This document shows positions 26,980-39,374 of a DNA stretch of 64,000 nt, piece after piece. A program made the position numbers and the translations under genes. The stretch spans positions 7,812,001 through 7,876,000 of the forward strand of contig OX597831.1 in assembly GCA_951406725.2 (NCBI GenBank), read 5' to 3'. Below the pieces are notes generated by a model, which worked only from the letters and a program-made list of their open reading frames with translations, had not been told where the DNA came from and made no database searches. Position 1 is the stretch's first letter; each line of letters opens with the position of its first letter. The DNA comes from Octopus vulgaris (Eukaryota).

Positions 26980-27189
26980 GAATATAATGAAGTCCCTGAT
27001 GACATGAGATTTGACTTGGAAACCCAAACCGAGCTTCATCAAACAGTTCTGGATCTCCAGGATAAACTGTGGAATATTTGTGATGAACAAAAACAACAGG
27101 CTGAGAATGAATGCCATTCCCTCATCTCTAATGGCTGGTACGAGGATCAGCTGTCCAAACTGTGTAACAGTTATTTGACGATAATGCAG
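26980..27189 (+). CDS. SPEF2: SPEF2 exon L (EYNEVPDDMRFDLETQTELHQTVLDLQDKLWNICDEQK...YLTIMQ), phase 0->0
   Basis: ttttttaag| acceptor, CAG|gtaagt donor. Matches SPEF2 'PDDL..D.ETKAELHQRV.DLRDRLWDICD'. Confidence 0.96.
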
Positions 27190-28981
27190 GTAAGTCAGTG
27201 TTTAACATATGTTTCCCGTGCTGCCATGGGGTGGACATTATGTGGAATTAAACATTAATTCTGATTTTCACATTGGTTTTACTCTTTTCTTCTTTTACTG
27301 GTTCCAGCCACAAGACTGCCGCCATGAAGGAGGACGGGGCCGGATTTTAGTTGATTTTATCATCATCACTATTGATTCTTGTTTATCAAATTGCTAAGTC
27401 ACTGTTTTACAATGTGTTTTAGGCTCTTAACCCAGCCAGAACCCATCTCTCTCTCTCTCTTTCTTCAGGTTTCTTCCAGAATAATGGATTTAAATTTTTC
27501 CACAAGGGCAGCAATTTGGGGGGAGAGGATGAGTCAATTACACTGATCCCAGAGAGAAAGAGAAAAAAGAATCCACCCAGTACTGAAATGATCCTTTATC
27601 AATGCTGGAGTTTGAACTCAGAGAGCAGTGGGTTGGAATGAATACCACAAAACATTCTTGGTGATGCTCTAACAATTCTGCCAACTTGCTACCACCAATT
27701 ATGTTCCTGTTTTCTGCAGAATTGCTCTGCAAAAGTGTGAAACATTATTTATTTTCAAGGGTCTCCCTCTAAGCATAACTGAGGGGCTGAAGAAGTTCTC
27801 AAACAGTTTGAATTTGAAAACCTAATCCACCAAAATTCCATGTCAAACATCTCATCAGATTAATTCCTCATGCCTACCCGATCCTTCTCTCTCTTGTATT
27901 TATTTTATAAACTTCAAATTTATGATCAATGATTTCCAAATCTCTTTTATTTTCATTTCTGGATTAATTAGTTTAATCATTTTCCAGAAGACTGATTTAT
28001 TCTGACTAAACATACAAATTATTAGTTTCAAATTTTGGCACCAGGCCAGCAATTTCGGGGGGAGAGGGAGGGGCGCTAAGTGGATTAAATTGACCCCCAC
28101 TGCTCAGCTGGTACTTATTTTATTGATCCCAAAAGGGATCAAAAGCAAAGTCAACCGCATCAGAATTTGAACTCAGAATGTAAAAACGGATGAAATGCAG
28201 CTAAGCATTCCGTCCGGCGTGCTAACGATTCTGCCAGCTTGTTGCCTCATTATCAGCTGAAGAGGAAGTATGGTTCATTTCTTTTAATCAGTTCTGGATG
28301 GAGCACAGATAAAACAAACCTCATCAGAATTTGAACTCAAGACGGAGGCAGATGAAACAAAAAATTATGATGCAATTAATTTCACATTCCACAGTCTTTA
28401 ACACCATTCGCACTAATTACTCCCTCCCCCCCACACCAGCAAACATGCACTTGTATTTGATGGGTTGGTTTGATAGAATGGTGGACAGAATACATCACAT
28501 TTACTTCAAAGCTGTTCAAATTCCAGAGATCAGCATTGGCTTAAAAAGAGATCCAGGTCGTTTCATCTAAACCTCACCCAGGGAAAAATACATTGGACAT
28601 CAACCCATCTCTTTGTGTAAACTTTAAGGAGCAAAAAATGCCAAGAAACCTGTTCTGTTCTGGTCCCTTCCCATTTTTGCTCATCTTTTGTTCTTCACTC
28701 CCTCACATAAAGTTGCCCCCTTGCGATTTGTAGTCTTGCAAACTGCATCACAGCTTCACTTAGTGTTAGTGTCACATAATAAAAGCACCCAGTGCCACTC
28801 TATAAAGTGGTTGGCATTAGGAGGGGCATCCCAGCCATGGAAACCAAGCCAGAACAGATACTGGAGCAGTCCTTGGCTCCATTGAATCTTGTCAAACCAT
28901 CCAACCCATTTCAGCATGGAAAATGGATGTTATATGATGATGATGATGATGATGGTGGCAGTGATGGTGATGACAACAACG

Positions 28982-29016
<35 letters not shown>

Positions 29017-29279
29017 TTAAGGTTTTCTGACATCAGCTAGGCATGCTAAAAGTACCAGAGAACATTGCTTTTCATGTCCAATTGGTTTTATATTAATAAT
29101 GCTGCTTTCCCGGAAGTTCTTAATGGTGGAATTACTTGGGATGTCAAAAACCATTTGAGTGCCATCCATGTTTTTTTATTGTTGACAGATTTTATCAATA
29201 ATGTTTACACTCAGTGATTACATATTTATGGAATTGTTGCTGTATATTCTTCACTGGTATAATGTAAGCCAGTTCCATA

Positions 29280-29700
29280 TTCCTGGATCTCGTATACACA
29301 TGCCATCTCCCGCTCCTCAAATGTATTGTCTCCTCATTCTGTTTTTTTCAACTGCTACTATGATGGTTTCTGCTCGTCAGAGCTGGCTGGACTCATACCA
29401 CCTCCACTTAGGTATTGCTGAGTCACTCATCTCTTCTCATCACCCTTCTTCGGTTCACTCTCCTTTCGTCAGACTCTGCAGGAATCCCTTAACACCCAGT
29501 CTTTCTTTCCTTTCCAGAACATCGACTTTCTACAATTCCCTTCCTTGCTAATGTCTTTCCTGCAGATGTTGACTTACAAAGGTTCAAAAGAACATTAATG
29601 GCATCAATCTCATTAATCTACAAAGGCCATTCAGGCCATGGGCCCTGCTCCTTGCTCCTTCCTTCACATCCCTTCCAATAAAAAGAAACAAACAAAAAAA
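29280..29700 (+). mobile_element. Degraded L2/CR1-group LINE 3' fragment (approximate)
   Basis: Frames read ..GFCSSELAGLIPPPLR.. and SFLSRTSTFYNSLP..VFPADVDLQRFKRNIN, followed by an A-rich tail. Confidence 0.65.
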
Positions 29701-31169
29701 AGAATATCATCATCATCATCATCGTTGTCACTTAATGTCCATTTCCCATGCTGGCATCATTTGGACCATATTTGAGTAATACTTTGAACGCTGCTGTGGT
29801 TACTTGTATCCATGGATACCTGTACTATTTTTGGTTCCGCTATCCAAGCAGTTGACAATAAATCCATTTCTGCATAATTCCCAAACCCAACGATATAAAT
29901 CTTTCTTCAATTTCTTACATGGAGCAACAGTTAACCCTATTTCCTTTCTAGTATTTTCTTGACCGTTTCTTTTCATTTTCGCCAATGTTTTACTAGTTCT
30001 TTATTTTCCTAGCACACACAACTCTCTGTCTGTCTCTCTCTCTCTCTTCCCCCTCTCTCCCCACTATAACTTCCACAGTCTTCAATCTATTTAGCAACAT
30101 GTAGCTCCATGTTTTGATCTTTAACCTTTTGTGCTCACAGTTAAGTCTTTCTTTTGACACCTTTTCCTCTTAGAAGTAGAATTTTTTTCAGCATTTCTGC
30201 CAACAACTCTGTGCTTGTACAGGTGAGATGTTTATAGTTTAGACAGGTGTCACAGATATGACGTGTATCTTCAGAATCTGTATTGGGTTTCTGGTAGAAT
30301 TGAATTCTTCTGCTTAAATGGTCTTATTTGCCTTTCACTTGATGTTATCATTGTATATTTGTTTGCAAAATCAATTTCCAGATAAAACACTCAGTGACAT
30401 GACCACCCATCCTTCATTTGTTTGGAAGGGCTCTTAGGACTGTCATGAGCCTTGTGACTCTTAAGGCTGGAGTTCAACCCAATTTCCCTGGTGCATAAGT
30501 GACTGAGATTATTATGCCCACCCCCAATGAATGGGTTACCAATCCATCACAAGCTATTGGTGGAGCCCTTTTACAGCTGAGTGAACTGGAGCAACATGAG
30601 AGGAAGTGTTTTGATCCAGAACACAATGTACCACCTGGTCCAGGAACTGAACCCCCAATCTTTCACTCATGAGTGCAACACCCTAACCAGTAGGTCAAAC
30701 ACCTTGGTATGTGGTAGTACATGCTACAAATGTGAAACTCAGAGCAAGATGAGATGCCATGTAGCTTTGTACTCTTTTTCTTTTTTTTCTTTTACCATTT
30801 CTGAGTGAGAGTCTGCTCCTTATCTCTGAGCATGAAGAGTATCTCATTTAGCAAGATGAAAATTCAAAGTGAACAGGTCAATAATGAATGTGAGATGTTG
30901 AACTCCCAACTTTGAAGCAATATTCAATGGGAAACTACAATCCTATCTGAAAATTAATATGGAGCCAGCATTCTTTTGTTTGTTCTTCTTTTTTTTAGTC
31001 TTTTTTTGTTTGTTTTTTTTTTGTTATTGAAACAGTTAATCTTTGCACAACAACAATAAATATAAAGCAAATCACGAGATACGTTGTAAAATGTTGTAAT
31101 ATAAATGTTACTTCATCTCTATCACTTTCTCTGGTTTGGTTGCTTCAAAAGATTTCAATATATTTCCAG

Positions 31170-31286
31170 GCAGAACTTGACCGTTTCCAGGATACAATCA
31201 CTTTACTCAAGGACTATTACAATATTCCTGATAAACTAGTTCCTCCGATAGCAGAACTGAATTTTTCAAGACTTCCCCTTCTTGAG
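31170..31286 (+). CDS. SPEF2: SPEF2 exon M (AELDRFQDTITLLKDYYNIPDKLVPPIAELNFSRLPLLE), phase 0->0
   Basis: tttccag| acceptor, GAG|gtaatg donor. Matches SPEF2 'AELNRFQDT..LLQDYY'. Confidence 0.96.
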
Positions 31287-33381
31287 GTAATGATTATTTC
31301 TTATCATCATGCTTCTCAAAAAAAAAGAACCCCTCCCACCCCAGATGTGATTAAGGAAAGTACACAATGAATTAGATTGATTCCTCAAATATAATTGATA
31401 TAATTAATGCTGACTTCATTGACCCCAGGGTGGATGATTTACTGAATCTGCCCTCAACAGATATGAACGGAGAACCTAGAAATATGAATAGAAAGCTAAA
31501 TACTGTAAAATATTTAGTGATAAAGGAGTTTTAAGAAAATATTGTATGCATATATGTGTATTTGTATATATAAAAGAATGTGTGTGTATATATAATATAT
31601 ACATATAAATATATATATATATATATTTGTAATGTACTGCAGTACACTTTCCACCTGCCAAAATTTCACTGTTAAGATAATGGTCAGCACAAAGCTCCAT
31701 TAAAAGTCACTTGACCAAAATATTCTAAAGTGGAACCAAAACCCACATGGTTGCAGAGGGAACTTATGAAGCACATGATTATGTCTTGTACGCTACTGGT
31801 TCACCTGTCTCTGCTTCACCATAGCATCCCATGCTTATGTTGAAAAGCTCTTCGTCTTCTTTCTTTACTCAAGATGAACAAATTCACAAATAGAAGACAG
31901 AACCGAATGCCTATCAACTATTCATTTCAATGAAAGGCCAGATCATAAAAACTAACTCTTTAATATGACTCCAACTTTCGATTAATCAACCCAGGTATAG
32001 TAAGCACACTAGTGTTTTGTCTTAAAATTAGACAAACTGCAAGGCTTATACAGCAGAAAGTAGTACGTCTATCATTGACTAGTTTATTGAGAAAAAGAAC
32101 AAAATGTCTTAAACACCACATACATCAACATTGTGGAATTCTTCCCATCAATCAGGAAATTCATGCTCATAAACCACCTAAACTTTGGAAGAAGATTTGC
32201 CATCATTAATAAATGATAAATAAGTGTAATAATTTACTCAACTATAAGTCACTCTGACTCATCATCATCGTTTAGCGTCCGCTTTCCATGCTAGCATGGG
32301 TTGGACGGTTCAACGGAGGCCAGTCGGGGCGGCGCTGGCAACAGCAATGTTTGGATGGTTCTTTTACATGCCACTGGCACTGGTATCACAACTACAATTT
32401 CCATTGATTTTTGATCGATTTCGATTTCACTTGCCTCAACAGGTCAATAAGCCTGAAATTTGACAGAATCAAACCTGAATGCTGAAGGGTTGAAGAGGTT
32501 TATTTACATTTGCTTTGCCAGTTTCACAATTTCCTGATTTTCCAAAAGTTGTGTGAAGTGAATGGATCCGGAGCCAGGCATTGCTCCACTTTCCTCCATC
32601 TCACAATGCTTTTAGAAATCATGAAACTGTGAAACTGGCCAAGGAAGTGTAAATATGTCTTTTTTTAAAAATGTTAAGGCTATTTTTATCTTTTCATTTT
32701 GATGTTCTTTCAAAAGGATTGAACATCACATTTTCTTTACTCTTTGACCAAAATATTTTAGCCTTTCATGTCAAGTACATCAACATCAAAATAAATATCA
32801 AATGGAAATTGTGGTTATGATACCTGTGCCGGTGGCACGTAAAAAGCACCATCCGAACGTAGCTGATGCCAGCGCTGCCTTGACTGGCTTCTATGCCGGT
32901 GGCACATAAAAAGCACCAACTGATCATGGCTGCTGCCAGCCTCCCCTGGCACCTGGGCCAGTGGCACATTTAAAAGCACCCACTACACTCATGGAGTGGT
33001 TGGTGTTAGGAAGGGCATCCAGCTGTAGAAACACTGCCAGATCAGACTGGAGCATGGTGCAGCCTCCTGGCTTTCCAGATCCCAGTCAAACTGTCCAACC
33101 CGTGCTAGCACGGAAAACGGATGTTAAACAGTGATGATGATGATGATGTCAATTTGGAAAGTTCTTGGAAAATTCCATAGAAACTCAATCAACAAAACAA
33201 TGGTAGTCATTTTCAAATACATGAGTTAATTCCACTTAAATGGAGATGGTAAGCAGACTTTTAACTAAAGTCATGCATCAGAAAATTGTCCCTATTTATG
33301 TGAAAATGTTGGTTGGATTGAAAAATACCTCCTCTAATTCAATTGGCTTATTTTGTGAAAAATTTTTCTTTGTTTCTGAAG

Positions 33382-33560
33382 TCAGCGATTCCTGATTCAT
33401 TCTTTGAGAACGAAGGGCTTGGTCTCCACGATTTGAAGGTATTAAAAGATAGGGCAAGTTCTCGAACTTCATCAAAGCAACCAAAGAAAGGAAAAGAGAA
33501 AGAAAAGGAGGAGGAGAAACCCGAGAACAACGACGTTGTTACTATTTCTATTCGACTTAA
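33382..33560 (+). CDS. SPEF2: SPEF2 exon N (SAIPDSFFENEGLG...EKPENNDVVTISIRLK), phase 0->2
   Basis: tttgtttctgaag| (AAG) acceptor chosen because it keeps the phase; AA|gtaagt donor; charged linker. The exact acceptor is uncertain. Confidence 0.85.
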
Positions 33561-33821
33561 GTAAGTAACGAGGTTCAACTTTTAAATGGAATATTTGGTT
33601 CAGCCTTGGTTGCGTTTGTGCATCCAATCTTTGTATAAATTTACATAATTGATTTTGTTTTAGCAACAGTTTAGAATCAGACATAATCTTGTATTAAAGG
33701 GATCCACCTTTCAATCAAAGGGTGCTAGTTTCAATCCCACTGAGTGACACCTTGGGCAAGTGTCTTCTGCTGTCACTTATTAAAAAGAAAATGGTACACA
33801 GAAATTATGTGGGAGGTCATT

Positions 33822-33863
<42 letters not shown>

Positions 33864-34370
33864 ACTCCTTTGAAAAAAGTGCCTTAAGTTGCATCTCTTC
33901 TCATCAAAAAGTGCTTAAAAAGCTTTAAAAAACCTTCAGTCACAAGCATGCATGGCCTTGTAGAATATTTATTTCAGGGGACTGTGATGTAGTTGTGGGC
34001 AGATATACACACTCTGTTGGTCCTCTGACATCCCACAATCATTACTGGTACTCATTTTCAGCCGAGCAGACTGGGGCAACACGAAACAAAGTGTCTTTCA
34101 GAATGACACAGTGTGTGTGAATTGAACCCACGAACCTTATGATTGTTAAGTTCATCACCGTGACCACTAAGCCATGCACCTTCACACATCACAAGGTAAC
34201 TTAGTCATCTTAATAAAGCAAGTGATTAGATATTGGTTCCTCTGATTGCTTGCCACAAGTTTTGTAAAATATGGAAGCGGACTTTCAACTGCAGCAGATG
34301 AAATGAAAAGTTAATATGATCGTTTCCCAAATTGTTTTGTTTAGTTCTTAGAAAATGTTTTCTATTTCAG

Positions 34371-34530
34371 GATTCCTTTGATAAATCCATCAACATTGCG
34401 ATACTGTTCTCCTGAGGTTAAAAGAGCAAACAAAGACGGAGCGGAAGATGGCACAGAAGCTGCAGAAAGAAATATTCTGGAGACTTATCAATATTCCCAT
34501 CAGCAAGCACTTACCGAAATATCTAACATT
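34371..34530 (+). CDS. SPEF2: SPEF2 exon O (IPLINPSTLRYCSPEVKRANKDG...YSHQQALTEISNI), phase 2->0
   Basis: ttttctatttcag| acceptor, |gtatgt donor. The (K/R)IPL start and 'QQA' match SPEF2. Confidence 0.9.
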
Positions 34531-35139
34531 GTATGTAAGAGAATTTACCAAGAATAATTCTTTGAGAACAATTCACTACGTAAATAGTTACTTCTTAAAT
34601 AGTTCCTTACTAAATTGCAAAAGAACTAAAAGATCATTTGATGGAAAACCCATCAGTTTGGTCTCTATAGGCTCCATAAATAGGATCTGGGAATATTGGT
34701 AAATGAGCTTTGTTTAGCCGTGTGGTTAACATGTTTGGTCCTCAACCATGTAGTTTTTGGAATGCTCCAGTTTGACATTATCATTAGCAAATGTCTTCTG
34801 TTGACTAAAGTCTTGGGAGTGAAATTTGGTAAATGGAAATTGTGAAAGCCCTTTGGATAATTATATGCATACACATGCATGCGTATACATATATGTATGC
34901 ATGTTGATGCACACTCACACGCACATGTATACACACACACATATATATATATGAAAAGCACCCAGGACACTCTTTAAAGTGGTTGGTGTTAGGAAGGGAA
35001 TACAGCCATAGAACCCCATGCCAGAACAGACAATTGGAGCCTGGTGCTGCTCTCCGGCTGGTCAGCTCCTGTCCAACCCATGCCAGCATGGAAAACAGAT
35101 GTTAAATGGTGATGATGATGTGTGCGTGTTTGTGTGTGT

Positions 35140-36260
35140 GTTAATATAAACAAAGTGACCTTTGTTTTTATTATTAGCAAAAACCAAAGTCTTAGTAAGT
35201 AGGAAGGCAGACATATCACAAATCTCTTCAGGTAGACGGCCCTGCTTGATCTGGGGAAAAGGCGTAGGTAGAAACTACATAAGATGCACCCTGTATAAGC
35301 TTTGGACACATAAAAGATGCAGCAAAATCAAAGGAAGATTAACAGGGAAAATAGCTTTTGTATGAGGAATATGCACAGGTACAATAAATGCTGAAAATGT
35401 GCAGAAAATAGACTCCATCAACTGCCAGAGGGGTAAGCTAGAGGTAGTAGATAGCTTCTGTTATCTAGGTGACCAAGTTAGTAGCAGAGGTGGATGCTTC
35501 GAGGGTATAGCTATGAGAATAAGAATAAGTTGGGCAAAGTTTGGAGAGCTTTTACCCTTGCTGGCAACAAAGGGTCTCACCCTCAGAGTGAAAGGCAGAT
35601 TGTATGATGCCTGTGTGCATACAGCTAAGCTACATGGCAGTGAAACATGGGCTGTGACTGCTGAGGACATGCGTAGGCTTGAAAGAAATGAAGCCGGTAT
35701 GCTTCATTGAATGTGCAGTGTCAGTGTGCACGTTTGACAGAGTGTAAGCATCTTGAGAGCAAAATTGGGCATAAGAGGCATCAGATGTGGTGTGCAAGAG
35801 AGACAACTGTGCTGGTATGAATATGTGATGGATATGGACGAGGACAGCTGTGTAAAAGAATGCCGATCTCTAATTGTGGAGAGAACCTGTGGTAGAGGTA
35901 GATCCAGGAAGACATGAGATGAGGTAGTAGAGCATGACCTTTGAACTTTGGGCCTCATGGAGACAATGACTGGTGACTGAGACCTTTGGTAATATGCTGT
36001 GCTTGAGAAGACCTGTGAAGCCACGTGAAATCACAGTCAGTGCAGTTACTGGTGTCATGAAAATGGCACCTGTGCAGATGGCACATATTAAAAACACCCA
36101 CTACACTCTCAGAGTGGTTGGCATTAAGAAGGACATCCAGCTGTAGAAAACCATGCCAAATCAGACTGGAGTCTAGTGCAGCCTTCCAGCCTTGCCAGCC
36201 CTGGTCAAACCGGTCAACCCATGCCAGCATGGACAACGGACGTTAAATGATGATGACAAT
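35140..36260 (+). mobile_element. RTE-clade LINE 3' portion (RT C-terminus with Cys-rich insert, 3' UTR, (GAT)n tail); pseudogenised
   Basis: LEVVDSFCYLGD...RIRISWAKF.ELLPLL...KGRLYDACV...LHGSETW...RRLERNE, later GRGRSRKT*. Upstream GKGVGRNYIRC..WTHKRCS.IKGRL. Contains stops and frameshifts. Confidence 0.92.
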
Positions 36261-37885
36261 GATATATATATATATACACACACATATACATACACACACA
36301 TTGATATCTACAGTGGGCTTCTTTCAGTTTCTGTCCACCAAATCCACTCACTAGGATTTCATCAGCCGAAGGTGCTGCACAATGGGACTGAACTCAAAAC
36401 CACATGGTTGAGAAACAAGCTTCTGAACCACAGCAATGCCTAAACACACACACCTACCTCCACCACCACACCTAATATTCATATAAATAAATCTGTGATC
36501 TGAGCAATATATAGACGTTGAAGGAAAGTAATTTAGAATGGTAGTATACTGTCAATCTAATGCGAACGTGACAGTAGGGGGTACACCACCGCTGTTTAGC
36601 CCTACTGTCACGTTCGTGTTAGATTGACAGTATACTACCATTCTATCGCCCCACCACCGTACATGTCTCTACGAGAGATTTAGAAATTTAGTATTTCTGA
36701 AAGTAATTTAGTTCAGTCAGAATTATGTCCCTTTAAGGTCGACTTTCCCTTGAAATCCCTTCTGAGATTCATAAAAAGAAATTCCAAAAAATGTGCTGGA
36801 ATCAAGTAAAATCTTTGAAGGTTTTACCCCAGCATGGCTGCAATCCAATGATTGAAGCCAGTAAAAGAATGGATGAAGTATTTTAAACCCAATATGATCT
36901 TAAAATAATGCCCAATGTAACTATATGGCATTATTGAATTCCCGTTTCTTTGTTTATCAGACATCAGTGGAATAACTCAGTTGTGTTTCATAGAAGAGTT
37001 ATTAATTATAGAATTAAGACAAATGTTGCAAAAATATGCTTTCATTATTTTACTGACTTCAATTTTCCTTACTTCAGAACTTAAAAAAATACATTTAGCA
37101 AATATTAAAAAAAAAAAAAAGTTTAAAAAAGGATATATTTATTTATACAATATTATTTCACAGTATATAAACACATGTGAATACATACCTATATACACAC
37201 ATATATAGACATACATGCTTGTATAAACACACATCCATACATACATATACTCATATATACATTACAAAGTTGTATGTAACACACATAATCACACACACAC
37301 ACACACACACATGAATACATACATTCTTACATAAACACACTGCCACGCATGCTCACATACATACATAAACACACACACACACACACACAGCTATGCATGA
37401 ATTATACAAAGAAATAGCTAAACATAGATTGATAAAAGAAAACCAGAGAAATTTCTGAAATTTTCTTGTAAATTGTGAAATAAGTGGTAAATTATTTCAA
37501 AATAAATTGTTCTCATAAAATTGTTCTCACTGAACTTTCTCTATGGTATTGTTTCTATGTTTGTAATTCAAAAAATATCTCTGTCCTTACATACATACAC
37601 ACATACATACATATGTGTGTGTGTGTGTTCCAAACTTTTTTATTTTGTTATTTTTGGTGTGTATTCTCTTGGAATTGATTTGGTATATTCTTTTATTTTT
37701 GTTTCTTCTACCTGGTTACCATTTCCACTGATTCTAGCTCCATCAGAATCAGTGAAATGGAAAAAAAACTTGCAAAAGTTAAAATGCTGTTTGTTTCTGG
37801 TGAAAATACATTTATTGGCAATGAATAGCGACATCTTTACACGTCTGATAAATATGAAGTACATTTCAGTCGCATTATGTATGTA

Positions 37886-37936
<51 letters not shown>

Positions 37937-38551
37937 GTATATATGTAAGTATGTTTGTGTGTGTGTTTGTATGTGTTTATGTATGTATGTATATATACTG
38001 CTAGTCTAGTAAGTATTTTAATGAAATTTAATCAATCGTTACAAAATATAATTATTTATAAAGATCTTATTTTTTCTTTGCAAATCAACCAATCAAGGAG
38101 GTATTACGTGTTTTGTGCATAAGTCTAATAATCAATCGATTGCTTAGCTTTTCCTAATCAAATGCATCCATCATTGGGTTATTATTAGATTTATTGACTT
38201 GAAGACGACCCTACGGCTGGAATAGGCCCCAGAATTGAAGCATAAGGAACCACTTGTTCTTTATAGAGATCTCTTACAGGGTGCAATGGTTAAGTGCATC
38301 TCTGTGGCGTGGAACCTTACTGCAGCTAAGTAGACTGGGCCATTTCATCTATTATTTGCTTCAGCTGCAGCCTTGCTGTGGGGCTGTGTTTATGGGCCTA
38401 GTCCAATAAATCGAACCTAGTACTTAATTTTTAAGTCTGGCACTTATTTTGTCAGTTTCTTTTGCTGGACTGGTAAGTTATGGGGACATAAACAAACCGG
38501 CACCAGTTGTCAAGCAGTAGGGAAGACAAACACAAACACCACACATGCATG

Positions 38552-38585
<34 letters not shown>

Positions 38586-38786
38586 AGGTAAAACTACCTT
38601 CTCAAGTTTCATGGCACTTCCTTCCTGGAAGGGATGCTGGTCCATTGCAAGATGACTCATTTTTGTCAGCCAAGTGGACTGGAGCAACGAGAAATGAAGT
38701 GTTTTACTCAAGAACACTACGCATTGCCTGGCCCAGGAATTGAAACCACAAGCTTACGATCATGAGTCCAACACTCTAACCACTAC

Positions 38787-38823
<37 letters not shown>

Positions 38824-39009
38824 TAGACTAGATATAGATAATGGTCATTATAGAATTTTCCTTTATTGGAATAAATTTGACTTACATTTGTTTTCGGTAT
38901 AGTCATTATAGGTTCGTTAGTGATAGGTTTACTCAATTGTTCTGTTGGTCAGTTGTCCAACATTGAACGACCTAAAAAATTAATGCTACTTTCACCAGAG
39001 CCATTTCTG

Positions 39010-39044
<35 letters not shown>

Positions 39045-39339
39045 AATTGAGATAGGGGTTGTAAATGCAACCCTCCATGGGATAACATATATCCAATATA
39101 CTGCTAGTGAAGTACCCAACAAAGTTAATACATAAATGTTAAGGATTGCGATGCAGTCAATTCATTTACTGTATTATATGGGCAAAGGTAAAATGATTTA
39201 CCACAAATTACTAATACAAGATAAGAAAATGGAGAAATACATCTAAATCAAATATCAATTACCAGATAATACTATATGTGATTGAGTATTATCTGGTAAT
39301 TGATATTTGATTTAGATGTATTTCTCCATTTTCTTATCT

Positions 39340-39374
<35 letters not shown>

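Noticed and set aside
37640-37864. Minus-strand ORF (..DSDGARISGNGNQVEETKIKEYTK..) and the small inverted repeat at 37719-37760
   Set aside because: No recognisable domain and a poor acceptor. A 16-17 bp imperfect hairpin in AT-rich DNA is too weak to call.
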